From positions 27,738,560 to 27,802,559 of the forward strand of contig NC_134027.1 of assembly GCF_964204645.1 (NCBI RefSeq): a stretch of 64,000 nucleotides of DNA, read 5' to 3'. Position numbers and translations under genes: made by a program. Origin of the DNA: Tubulanus polymorphus. Taxonomy: Eukaryota; Animalia; Nemertea. The notes below the pieces were generated by a model. The model did no database searches. It was not told the DNA's origin and saw only the letters and a list, made by a program, of their open reading frames with translations. Positions within the stretch are counted from its first letter, which is position 1. Every line of letters starts with the position of its first letter. Shown piece after piece: positions 13,101 through 25,485 of this stretch.

Positions 13101-16100
13101 AGGAGCAGTAGCGATTAAACCGGTCCATTTAATAGTCGCGCTCACTTGATTCGAACTCAATCCACCATTTTTAGAAGCTACATTTAACATATTGAGATAC
13201 GTGTCGACTTCATCCGTCGATACTGACGTCACAACTTTAGCGAGTTTAGCCACGTTCTCGGCAGTTTGATCCAAACAAACGCGATCTTTCCAACCGCTGG
13301 CGCAAATATCTGAATTAAGAGGAATTAGATGAATTATTTAATTCGATGATGTCGGATGATACAGGTATTATAGAAGCGTCTACTTACAAGGAGTAACCCA
13401 CGGTTGTGTAACTGGTTGTGTTGATGTTGGAGGGTAAAATGTAACTGGAGGTCGAGTAAACTCATTTGGATTCACTTCCTCTACAAAATACACAAGAACA
13501 CATAATTTTTTCCGATTGATATTTTTATATTTTCCACGTGTTGAGGGTCCAGTACCGCTTATTCTATCGTTATTATTAACTCTTTTTCGAATACAAATAT
13601 CAATTTGTTGCCTCAAACAACAGTCTGGAACTTTTACCCCTCAGCCTGTACCCCTCATCCGCTCAGTCAGTTTAGAACACCAAACTGAAGGGGTACAAGG
13701 TACGAGGCTGGAGGTGCAGGTACCAGGTTGAGGGGTGCAGGCTACCAGGCTGATGTGGTGCAGGGTACCGGGAAGTAGATAAATTATATTTACCTATTCC
13801 ATTACTACAGATTCCCAGTAATGTTTTAGTAAGGAATGGATCAGTTATAGAAAGTGCATGATCCCAAATAGCTACATCGTCATAAACAACGTAAGCGTTC
13901 TGCGGAGGACTGTACGAACTCTTTCCTAGGAAAACCATCTGTAAACTGTCAATACCTATATTCGCTTTAGCGAATGGGACTGTAGTTGACACTAGAAAAT
14001 AGAAATATCATTCATATTTCATTTAGAATACAATCAAATAGTTTATTTTCAAAAAAGAAAATTAATTTTTAATTTTTCTCAAAAAAGACAAGATTTGTAG
14101 CCTATTTCATTTAGATTATCATCAACTTTTCTATAATTCTTTATTTCTATATAATCAGATACTTACTATTAAGTCTCCCGTTTATGAACAGAAAGAACCC
14201 TTTATTAGAACCATCTCCTTTCCAGATGAACCCTAAATTAGACCACTCCCTCATGTCAATCATCGCTGACGTTCTCCACGTCTCTTTACCGTCTGTCATA
14301 TCAAAGAATATCTCCGCTTTCAGCGTATCGGTCCGACAAGTCGATGACGTCATGTAAATACGGAATCCGCGAGATGCCCGATACCCAGAACTGTGAATTA
14401 ACCGTAAATAAACCGTTAAAACGTCGGTAGGGGGCAGCACATTTAAAACTTGGTCATGGTGGTCTAAAACTGGTCTTGAATTTAAGCCATAACGGTGCAG
14501 GTGAAACTTTTTGTTAGTTTAGCATAGACGATAATTAACTGAATTGATAATGAATTGAGTTAATACCAGTCTATAAAACCGGGCCCAGGTGGCGCGCAAT
14601 GTTAATACTAACCAGAATATAGTTCCTTCTTTCTGCTGAGCTGGGGGACAATTTTTGATATTGACCCACATAGAGAACGTTATTCCATTAGTACAAAGAG
14701 CTGGATCACTCAAACACCTGCCTTTAAAATTACCTGTAATAGAATAAAAATATGTTACATTAGCCTGATAACCTGAATAAATAAAACTCCCCTCACGCCC
14801 CTCTCCCCCCGGTAATAGGGGGTAGAATTAATACCTAGTTTGATGTATCCTGCTGTTCCTACGTCATAAGCGCCTTTACTGGAGTTATGACGATCCGTGA
14901 CGTATTGACCTTGAGTTTTATAAACTCCGTCATCTTCACTGATATAGAAAACCTGTTCACTGGATTGGTAACACGATTCTAGAACAGAGTATACAGAAAA
15001 TATCAAACACCAATTAACTCATGAAATCATGAGATATGTAGAACTGATTGTAAAACTCGTTGAGTTGTCACACATTACTGCGGTCGACTCTATTTTCAGG
15101 ACTCAATTTGTATTTCAAATTCAATCATTTTAGATTTTAGTCTTTCATTTGGATTAAATCAACGACGTAATTAATGGTTGTCAGACGACTTTAAAACAGT
15201 AGTGAGATCGACTCGATATACTTTACCTTGTAATGAGAAACCTTCAGGGAAATCATTAGCAGTCGGATAATATTTCAATGAAATATCGTCATATGTCGCT
15301 TTCAGAAATCCAGAATTATCAATATTTGATTTTCCTAAAGTGACTTCAGATAGAACTGAATTCCTCGACTGTTCAGTGCGAGCCACCTGTAAACATTCAA
15401 ACATTGACTTTACAAGTGGAAACAAGTGGAAACAAGTGGAAACATAGTAAAAACAAAAAGCGGTGAAATAATCTTCCATGTTAATCATCGATACTTACCG
15501 GACTTAATTTCCGTTGGCTGTCCAGTACAATGCTTATTCCTGATTGGCTCATCCAAATAATTTGAAATTGGAACCATTGGTCAATCGGGACATCGACGGA
15601 TTTCTTCCAAACCATCGTCCCATTAGCGACAGTAATATCAATCATCGATTCATTCTGTTCAAAACTGACGCCTTTCGTGCCTGGAAACGAAATCATAAAT
15701 CATTTTATTGAGGATCATTCACTGAATCAAACGCCTCGACTTTTGGTTCTATCATTATTAGATATTTCAGCCAAACAAATAAAAGTTTAATCAGAGATGC
15801 AAATAAACAGTCATTTCTGTATTGACGCAGATGCCATCTATTTATTACTATACGAACTATCAAATCTACTTACTGTTATCATGAGCTCCCGATGTTAAAA
15901 TGATTCCTGTTTGTTTTGAGAAGAGTTTTAGATGCATACTAATCATAAAACCATTGACGCAAAGAGCTGGATCTGTGATACATCCTCGAGAATGATTCCC
16001 TAATGATATCCACTGAGTAGCACCATCGGTAAATAGGGCTTTCCCCGTCATGAATCTATCTTGGACCTCGGTAGCTCCACCGTGAAGGGTCGGTTGTGTA

Positions 16101-19100
16101 AACATGTTTACGGTAGGACCTGATATCATCCATAGATAAACGCTGTTATTGAATAATGGAGCAGTTTTACCTGAAATAGAGACAAATACATTTCATATAA
16201 ACCTTTCGCATCCCACACTGAGATCAGAGGTCCGCAATGGTTCCGTGTAATATTCTTGATGATCTACTCAAGGAAACATTTCAGACTCTTTTTATTCTTA
16301 TTGTAGAATTGAAATTATCTTTACAACACGGGCCCTGATTGTTTCATCAGTTGTTATAATGAGGACAACATCAGTATTCGTGAAGATGACTATTAGGATA
16401 TAGTGGAAACGTTGAATAAACTACACTAGCTAAAAGAAACATTTCAGACTCTTTTTATTCTTAGTGTGCAGGGATTTCATATCTTAAATCTGAATGTTTC
16501 ATCAATGGTTATTTGTATTCATTAGATTTTGTATAATTATTCCATGTTTACTCACTGTCCATTCCCAGGAATTTGTAAGAATGACTCGGATAAATAATCG
16601 AGTTCCAAACAGCTACATTAAACACATCTATATCCTCGACCGCAGCGCCACCTATTGTAAGACTGTGAACAGCGCCAGATTCTGAAACTCCGTTAGATGA
16701 TTCCGAATAGGTTGTACTCAGTTTTTTACCATTGTAATAAATAGCGGGATCGCTTCCGTCCATGTAGGTGAACGCGACATTCATCCATTTCCCGATTGGA
16801 ATTTCCTAAAAACAACATTCATTCGATTAACTCATTTATTAGAAATCAAGTGCAGGAACTTCCTGAGCAACTTATCAGTACGATTTCATTATGAAATCGT
16901 TTTGTGGTAACAATTGTTTTAAAGGATCCAGTTCCACAGTTGTGGATCCGTTCCACAGTTGTGGATCCAGTTCTACAGTTGAAGATTCCATCATTGGTGG
17001 AACTAACTCTAGAGAACAGTCGACTGTGAAACTGGGTTCATAATTCTCACCTTCGATGATCTATAAATATGTCGAGTTCCATTATTCTGAATGATAAGTT
17101 GAAGCATTTTATTGACTGTTGATAGTTCACATTTCCAACTATAGGGCAAAGCTTCAGATCTATAAACAAAACACACGTCATTTCATTTATTGTATGATAC
17201 ATTATTCACGATAATTGACGAGTAAATACTGGAGACTTACGCGAGGAGAGGGACAACATTTTGAGTGATTCTATTCACTCTGATGTACAGAGCGATACTG
17301 AACGCTGATACTGTGAAATTAGATAGGAAATGATCCGCAGCGAATTGTCCTGTAAATAAAATAAAAACAAATCAGTGAAAAATAGAAGAAATTTTTCTAT
17401 ATAAAGAAATTTTTCAGTAGATGGATAAATGTTAGTTGGATAGAAATATCAGACGTGTGTACTAGAAAATAGATTGAGGCCATTCATCAACAGCAAAGTT
17501 AGCATCAATAGAATACTGGGGCCAGTTGCAAAGTCGTGGCTTGAGTTCAAAACTAATCTTAAGACTGGTCTCAAGTTGTTAGATTGGCTATAGAACTAAG
17601 TTGGTCTTAGATCGATCTTAAATCTAAGCCATGACTATGCAACCGGCCCCTGATTTCTACATACAGAATACCAAATCTATCGAATCTTTTTTTAAATTTT
17701 CCATAGGGGAGATTGGAGACTGACCTAGTATAATCTGACCAGCAGGTCCTAGATGAATCCAGTGTTGTCGTGGAGTCGCAGATTGTGATAGTCCCGGTAG
17801 AGGTTTAGTTGTTTGTTTACTCTCATACAGTAAATCTATTGTACTATCAATAAACTGTTGTTTCTGCCAGTAATAAACACAAGTCGAGTAATAATCATTA
17901 TCTGAAAAAATTAGCGACGCGAACCAATCAAACACCTGATCTGATGATAGTCTGAAAAGTTGAGTCTTTTAATTTTAGATTGAATAAATAAATTTCTTTT
18001 TTCAATTTTTTCAATTTGTATTTATTAGATATTGATTGTATTACGGATCTACGTGTCCTCCTTGTCCGAGTCAGTAAAATGAGACTGATAGAACTTTATA
18101 CGCGTCACTTGTTTATTTGAAGTACCAGTTTTCACTTCATTAGAATCTAATGCATCGACTCATTCACCTGATGAAGCTTTTATACATCAGTAACGAAAAC
18201 TCGAACTTCAAATAAACAATCTCGCATATTAAGTACAATCTGTCTCGTTTTATTGATTCTACTCCAGGGCCCGGTTTTATAAACTGGTATTACCTTTAAC
18301 CCGGGGCTTAACTCAATTCATTATCAATATTGAGCTAACCCCCGGGTTAAAGGTTTAACCAGTCTCTAAAACTGGGCCCTGGTTAACACGGCTCTTTCCA
18401 CGTCAGAGTGTAGGGGTTATTCTACTATTCAGGATCCAGTTCCATAGTGATATAAAATTTCAATGATACCACTCTTAGGTCAAATTTCAACTCGACGATA
18501 ATCTGGTCGATTATCAGTTGAAAATAGTCGACGATGTGCAGTATATATGTTAATGTACATACAGCTGTACATGTACATACAGCTGTACATGTACATACAG
18601 CTAGCTGTACATGTAGTTATGTAGTACAGGATAGTGATTTACCTGTTATTCCGAATGTCTGCCTGAATTCAAACGGTTCTATGTATTTCTCAGTGTACGC
18701 GAACGTATCGAATATAAACGAGGCGAAATTTTTTACGAATTCGTCATTATTTTCTCGTCCCATAAGAAACATCGTGTATCGGTCTCTGTATCTGACATCA
18801 GGACTTCCTTGTTTATTCACTGATAAAATCTGTCCGTTAATCGCCACATAGAAACCATTCTCGGCGTTCCACGATACAACTAGATGAAGCCACGTGTCTG
18901 AAATAGAATAGAGAGTCAAACTCGCTACTGCTCGAGACTTCGTTATCGTTGAGACGACAAATAGTTACTTACACATAGATATACAAATTAAGACTCGAAG
19001 GAATAGATATCTTCAGTAATGTGACGACTTATCAGTTTAATAGTACGTTATAATGAAAGTGAAATCCCTGAATGAACAGTTCATTGAGACAGAGGTTCGG

Positions 19101-22100
19101 GCTATTTTCTAACAGACACCTGATGATGGCTGTTAGAAAAGCAACTTCAATGAAAAAACTTTAAAATTCCTCTACTCTAATTGATATCTTTACATCTTTA
19201 GATTACGATGATAAAGATTTAGATGATAAAGATTTAGATAATTGAGTTGATGTAGGAGTCAGTGTGTAAGGAATTCTCACCAATAGGAAGAAAAGTGCGA
19301 TCAATTCTACTTTTCCACAATCGTTTTCCATTCGCCATCCCGACAAACAGCGCGTTATCAGCCAGATACACAGTAAAACCTCGTGAATTATAATCTTGTT
19401 CTCCTGTTGTTACTAGATATTTCTGAGTGGATGCACTTTGTAATTCCGTCAGTTTAAACAGTAACATGAACGACAAGCCCGAGTTACAAGCTTCCAAATT
19501 CGTCAAACAATGTCCGGCGATCTTTCCCATACCCCGAGTTATCTTTACTTTGTGTGGAGCTGAAATTATAGATATTTACAAACTGAAATAAACCCAGCAG
19601 TAATGAATTAATTAATTCACTATTCATGACACGCAAATATTACTGACTCAATAAAATCCAGCCGTCAGGATTATTGATCACAGAAACTGCTTTTCCTTTG
19701 ACGTCGTAACCCGCGACAAATCCACTGTTTCGACCCCAGTAAGCGGCTCCTATCTTCTGTGCTTTAACATTGAATGTATCAGCGCTCCAGTAGCCAGCTA
19801 GATCGTTACGATATATCAGTTCAGACGCTACAAATATTCAAATATACGTCAACATCTTGTGAATGAATTCAATAAATCAACTATTCAACAACCATTCAAA
19901 ATCTTAAAAACCTATTTAAGAGAAGAGAATCAAATCAAACGACGAGACACTAATGCTCAAGAGACTCTAGAAGATCGTCAACTCAAGGGAACATTTCCGA
20001 CTTTATTTTTCATTATTATATGGTTGGTGGGATTCCGGTCCAACATCGGCCAGAGACTGGTCCAGCAGCGAGCAGAGACTGGTCCTGCATCGGCCAGAGA
20101 CTGGTCCAGCAGCGAGCAGAGACTGGTCCAGCAGCGAGCAGAGACTGGTCCTGCATCGGCCAGAGACTGGTCCAGCAGCGAGCAGAGACTGGTCCAGCAG
20201 CGAGCAGAGACTGGTCCTGCATCGGCCAGAGACTGGTCCAGCAGCGAGCAGAGACTGGTCCAGCAGCGAGCAGAGACTGGTCCAGCATTAGAGATCGGTC
20301 CAGCATCAGCCAGAGACTGGTCCAGCAGCGAGCAGAGACTGGTCCAGCAGCGAGCAGAGACTGGTCCAGCATCGGCCAGAGACTGGTCCAGCAGCGAGCA
20401 GAGACTGGTCCAGCAGCGAGCAGAGACTGGTCCAGCAGCGAGCAGAGACTGGTCCAGCACCGGGCATATAGAGACCGGTCCAGCACCGGGCATTAGAGAC
20501 TTCAGCACCGGGCAGAGACTAGTCTAGTACCTAGCCGTTGTTCGGAACCGTAACAACGACTGGTATTCAGACCAGGCAGAGACTGGCCCAGCAGGCACTA
20601 AACTGAAGTATTATGTGATTCATGTCCTGGCAAGTGAAGTTATCCGCTGTGGCACTACTTTACGATATATTTCCGATCCTGCTGTGGCAAGTAGGTCTGG
20701 TGTAACTCCACGTGCCAGGGTAGAAACAGCCTATAGCGAGGTGGCAGCACTATACGACGATATATACCTGTTATTCCTAGAAATCGATGAACTTGAAAAT
20801 CAAACAACATCTTCCTCCAACAAACAAAATGTGCTACAGTAACCCCTGGTAACGTGACGCTGGCAGCACCTACTCTTATATCAGCAGCAGATCCACTGGA
20901 TCCAATCGGAGTCATCTATAAATATACCGATATTCAAAAACAGTGACCACACCATAAACTGAAGAAACGCTAATTGGCTTTAGGGGAGATACTTACGGAA
21001 ACAGTTCGCACTGAACCGGTCTGTTTAACCCCATCCAAATACGCAGATAATTCACCATTCTTATAAACGAATCCAATATTGTGCCAGAAATCTTTTTTAA
21101 ATGTTGAAGATATCTCGATATCTTTCGCATTCGTTCCGTCAGAAACTGCAGCAGAGAAATTAATAAATTGTGTATTCTATTCTATTCCCCGTTACTTTAT
21201 TTGTAACGATCAGATCTTAAAAACAACATTTAATTATTGTTTCTGTGAAGATTGGATTTCGATAAGATTCAGAAGAATGAACTTTACACCATTAATTATA
21301 AATGACAGTTTCACAATTTACAAAACAAAATCCTCTGATATTTACTAACCTCTGATAATTGGTTTATCGGCTTTCCACAAGATGGCGTAACCTTTCACCT
21401 GTGGCCCTCGCATCCCGGCCACGAGTATGACGGCTTCACCTGGAGCGTGGTTAATAACAGCGGGTACTTTTACCCACAACCCGACACTAAAACCCGTAGA
21501 ACTACATGACGTCACATCTGAACAACAGTTCGGTCCAACAACCTACAAATATTACAAACATGTCGTCAATCGTGCAGAGCTGGTGGCAGAGTTTCCCTCT
21601 CGCTCTCTCGCTCCCTCCCATCGAGATTAACAAACATCAAGGTTCTCAATAAAAGGAGAGATTAAAATCAAAATGCTCTAGAGGGTCTAGGGAACAATTC
21701 CGAATTTATTTTTCATTATCATGTAGTTGATAGTGAAGCAGCAAGCAGCAAACAGAAATTGGTCCAGCACCGGGCAAACAGAGACTGGTCCAGCACCGGG
21801 CAAACAGAGACTGGTCCAGCACCAGGCAAACAGAGACTGGTCCAGCACCGGGCAAACAGAGACTGGTACAACACCGGGCAAACAGAGACTGGTCCTCCAG
21901 CACCGGGCAAACAGAGACTGGTACAACACCGGGCAAACAGAGACTGGTCCTCCAGCACCGGGCAAACAGAGACTGGTACAACACCGGGCAAACAGAGACT
22001 GGTCCTCCAGCACCGGGCAGACAGAGATGGGGTTGAGGGGAACCTGCTGTGATGCTCAGTGGGTTCAGAAGTTATCATCAATAAAAAAAGACATCCTTAC

Positions 22101-25100
22101 GAAGTAAGTGTGATATAAACTTACTGGGATTGAAGCATCGTTCGCTGGTAACATGAACGCCGTATCATTGAAACCTAGTAAACCTTGAGCCGAACTGGGA
22201 GACCCCGTATATGCGCCATTACTACTAGAATCGATAGGATTTAACTGCCAATAAAAATCAGCTGACGTGTAATATGGATTCAAACCTGAAATAAATAACA
22301 ATATTAATCATTATCGCAGAGCTAGTGCTAATAAACATCATAAACATAGAACAGGTTATTGAAAAAAGTGCCGTAATAGAATTCTGTAAAAACGAAACGG
22401 CGACGGTTTCACCTGTTGACTAATAGACATAACCAGATGAATTCATCCCAAACAGAATGGATGAAACACCTATAAACTCATTTCACATATTCATCAATTC
22501 CGTTTGAAGATGCTTCCGTTTATGGTTATTGTATTCTGATGATGGCCGTTTATTCAACAGTCGTCACATTGTGCGGTATCGTTTCAATAAATCTAATCGA
22601 ATACAGTATATTATTGTGGGACTCTATCTGGGATAACAAACCTGCATCTTTATCAATCAACAGTCGACTGGTGTTACCATAGGGATAAGCCGGTTTCGGT
22701 GGCGGAGGTTTTACAGTCGTTACTAAAATAAATGAATAACAGATATCTAAAAATATTCAAATGAAGCCGAAATATGAAATATTGAATAATCGAAAGACGA
22801 CACTTACACGGTGGCATTGTGGGTAATCCATTCAATATGTAATCTGTAAATACATAGAATAAGAGCCATTAAATTATTGTAAATTCACTTGAAAACATTG
22901 CAAATTATACTGTCATCGATTTACTAATTCTGTCATGTTCCATGTATACCTATTGTAATTGTGTATTCTATCTAATTGAGGATGAATAAAGAATTAATAA
23001 TCGTCGTACTTACTTAAAGCCCCGGTAACCATCACCAGTTGGTTATCACGTATTGGCCATTCCCAAATTGCGATCTCATCGATTTCCGCGTTAGTGATAT
23101 CGACATAGTTACCACTAGAGTCTGTTCTACAACCAACATATAGATACACAGGGCGGCTTGTGATGGGTGTGGTTAATTGTTGACCTAATCGATCTGAACC
23201 ATAAATCACTCCATTCAACAACATCTGTATTGAAAAAAAAACATTTTCACTTCCTTGTTTTATGAATATTTCTCAAGGCTGGACTGAAAATTCTATCGAT
23301 TTGGGAAATTCCCTAAATCCATGATGGCGGCTAAGCTAATTAGCATAATATATTCAAATTATGATTAGCATATGCATATTGGAGTTCTCCGAGTGAAATT
23401 AGACTCAACAGAACATTAAAATTGAACCAATTTAAACTCTTAACAGTTACATCTGACTCTGCGGTCAACTGTGGAGATGGATTCCGATAGTACCGGTAAT
23501 ACAGTTACATCTGACTCTGTGGTCAACTGTGGAGATGGATCCCGATAGTACCGGTAATACAGTTACATCTGACTCTGCGGTCAACTGTGGAGATGGATCC
23601 CGATAGTCCCGGTAATACAGTTACATCTGACTCTGTGGTCAACTGTGGAGATGGATCCCGATAGTACCGGTTTTTACTTGTGGTTCTTATTAACAATCAA
23701 CAAGAATAAACCCAAACAAAACGATTTAAAACTATTTGTTGAATTACTCACATCTAACCCGTTACTTAAACTCCAGCGAATAGCGATATGAATCCAGGTG
23801 TGGAGCGGGGAATCCCCGAGATTATCAGTCAATGATATTTGTATCGTCCATTTCTTGTTATTGGTAGAAAGTTGAGCGTGTAAATTAGTAGCGTCTTGGT
23901 AGACCCAGTAACCCTGATCAGCTCCTATCGAAATAGTACCAGACAAAAACTGACGACATTTTGCCTCTGAATTACAGTGACAACTACATTGACATAGCCG
24001 ATATTTAAATGAAAAATCCTGACACTGTTAGAACATAATCAAGATATTTCATCAATTGTAGAATTATTTCTAGGGCTGCTTTCTTGTATAAGCTAAATGT
24101 TGCTTCAAAGCAGTCCCTCATTTAATATTATTACATCTTCAATCCATTTCCTTATTCATTAATTTTGTAAAAATTTTACTTGAAAATATATCATATCATA
24201 TCATATCATATCATATCATATCATATCATATCATATCATATCATCATATCATATCATTAATCATTTCATCAATTGTAATTTTACCTAAATTAGTTCAGGA
24301 CGTGAAAATGACCGAAAATTCATTTTAGAATTTGCAGCTGTTACTTTTATCGTTGGACTTTGATTAAACTAGAGCAGATATTTTCGGAGAAGAAGTTTGA
24401 TTAGTTTTTACCTGTAGAGAATATAGTTTTGATGCCGCTATTCCAGTTGAGGAATTTCACCCACATTCCTACAGTCAACCCGCTATAACACCATTCAGGC
24501 TGTACTGTACACCGGTGCTCGTTCGTAGGCGACTGTCCAAACGGATAAACCTTCAGACATGATTTCGTCACCGGATCGATATTGATTCCTTCGCCTAAAA
24601 AACTCTCTTTACTCAATTTCAAATTCGTGACGTCACTGATATCGAAACCGGATATTTGGCCGTCATTTTGAAACGTATAAGAACCGGAAGTCGTCTTAAC
24701 CGAAGTCAGCGGGTAGTGAAAGTGTGCGGTCAAGTGATATCTTATATCTGAAAGTAATATTCACAGTTGATCAGTTGAATATTAACGATTAATTATTAAT
24801 TTATGTAAATAAGATGACTACATATATTACCTGATAAATCTATATCAGGCGGCGGACCGGGACCGGAACCGGAAACTGGAGTTATCGTCACTTCAGTGGT
24901 TGTCGATTGCGTAGATGCGGTAGAATCTATTGCTGTAGATGTGGAATATATTGCTGTAGTTGTAATACCTGTAGATGAGGAGCCTGTAGATGGAGAGCCT
25001 GTAGACGAAGAATCTGTAGATGGAGAGCCTGTAGACGAAGAGGCTGTAGATGTAGAGTCTGTAGATGAAGAGTCTGTAGATGAAGGCTGTGTAGATGTAG

Positions 25101-25485
25101 ATTCTGTAGATGTAGAAGTTGTCGGACAATTTGAACTTCCGGGAGCACATGTCGTAGATGGAACCGTGGATGTTGAAGTAACGGCCAAAGTGGTTGATGT
25201 TAAGGTAGTTGTAGTCGGCTCTGGGGTAGTTGGTACCGTGGTAGTTGTAGTTGGTGGTGCGGTAGTTGCTTCTGTGGTAGTTGTAGTTGGTGGTGCGGTA
25301 GTTGCTTCTGTGGTTGTCGTAGTTGGTGGTGCGGTAGTTGCTTCTGTGGTAGTTGTAGTCGGAGCTGCAGTTGTTGTAGTTGCCTCGGTAGTAGTTGTAG
25401 TTGCCTCGGTAGTAGTTGTAGTTGCCTCTGTAGTAGTTGAAGTAGTTGTAGTTTCTACAAAAGACTCATCAATGACTAACAAATT
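7191..25485 (-). CDS. Multi-exon adhesion GPCR (ADGRD-like architecture): Thr/Ser-rich stalk, ~6 LamG/pentraxin-like modules, GAIN/GPS, secretin-type 7TM; true start codon not resolved
   Basis: GPS exon ~10991-11100 reads WGGDGCRVISTDKTHTTCECNHL|TNFAILMQ. TM exons read ILTYIGLIVSLLCLSLFF, CERNFIHLNLVIA, IHYFYVATFAWLWIEGL, CWLSTQGNYIYAFIGP, LLLLPVLGISWLLG, FVIFNTLQ|GVYIFIFYC. Repeated C-x2-[DN][PL]-x2-C-x2-G modules at ~24490, 21510, 19490, 15960, 14700 plus a degenerate one at ~17300. Mucin-like exon at 24831-25485. C-terminal exons 8020-8172, 7610-7743 and 7191-7240 join in frame with GT-AG boundaries. Confidence 0.9.
7279..7443. mobile_element. Small inverted-repeat element (MITE-like) in the last aGPCR intron
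   Basis: AATATTTCGGCTGTTG (~7279) and CAACAGCCGAAATGTT (~7428-7443) form terminal inverted repeats. Confidence 0.45.
8240..8480. repeat. ~16-17-bp minisatellite (CCCTTCTCAGACTGGA)
   Basis: Direct reading; intronic. Confidence 0.9.
9346..9905. repeat. ~62-bp minisatellite (~9 copies) containing telomere-like CCTAGGGTTAGAGTTA
   Basis: Unit CCTAGGGTTAGAGTTACGGGTAACTGTCGCGTCAGTCACCCGGGATTAGTAGCCTCAGGTCGTG repeated in an aGPCR intron. Confidence 0.95.
10593..10780. repeat. GC-rich minisatellite (GGACCCCTGCCTCCT / GGACCCCTGCCCCAT)
   Basis: Direct reading; intronic. Confidence 0.85.
16375..16418 (+). ncRNA. Degenerate minimal type I hammerhead ribozyme (probably inactive)
   Basis: TATTC-GTGAAGA-T-GACTAT-taggat-ATAGTG-GAAAC-GTT-GAATA. 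Stem I is intact, but the CUGANGA box has C to G and the base of stem II is a G-G mismatch. A related truncated copy lies at ~12875-12930. Confidence 0.6.
17518..17650. mobile_element. Palindromic MITE with GGGGCCAGTTGCA / TGCAACCGGCCCC termini
   Basis: Terminal inverted repeats extend inward (GTCGTGGCTT / AAGCCATGAC); no coding capacity. Confidence 0.75.
18264..18382. mobile_element. Palindromic MITE (CCAGGGCCCGGTTTTA...TAAAACTGGGCCCTGG); related copies at ~14530-14588 and 31286-31450
   Basis: Near-fully palindromic element; the same terminus ...CAGTCTATRAAACCGGGCCCAG occurs at three loci. Confidence 0.75.
19986..20600 (+). mobile_element. Dispersed non-autonomous element with an internal 22-bp tandem repeat (AGAGACTGGTCCAGCAGCGAGC)
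   Basis: A unique head GGGAACATTTCCGACTTTATTTTTCATTAT precedes the repeats; the same head and repeat family recur at 21690-22025. Confidence 0.65.
21690..22025 (+). mobile_element. Second copy of the head plus internal tandem repeat element
   Basis: GGGAACAATTCCGAATTTATTTTTCATTATC followed by (AAACAGAGACTGGTCCAGCACCGGGC)n. Confidence 0.65.
23442..23671. repeat. ~58-bp minisatellite, 4 copies
   Basis: ACAGTTACATCTGACTCTGYGGTCAACTGTGGAGATGGATCCCGATAGTACCGGTAAT repeated. Confidence 0.95.
24187..24257. repeat. (ATATC)n microsatellite
   Basis: Direct reading. Confidence 0.95.

Noticed and set aside
19859-22107. Long repetitive ORFs on both strands
   Set aside because: Products of intronic tandem repeats.
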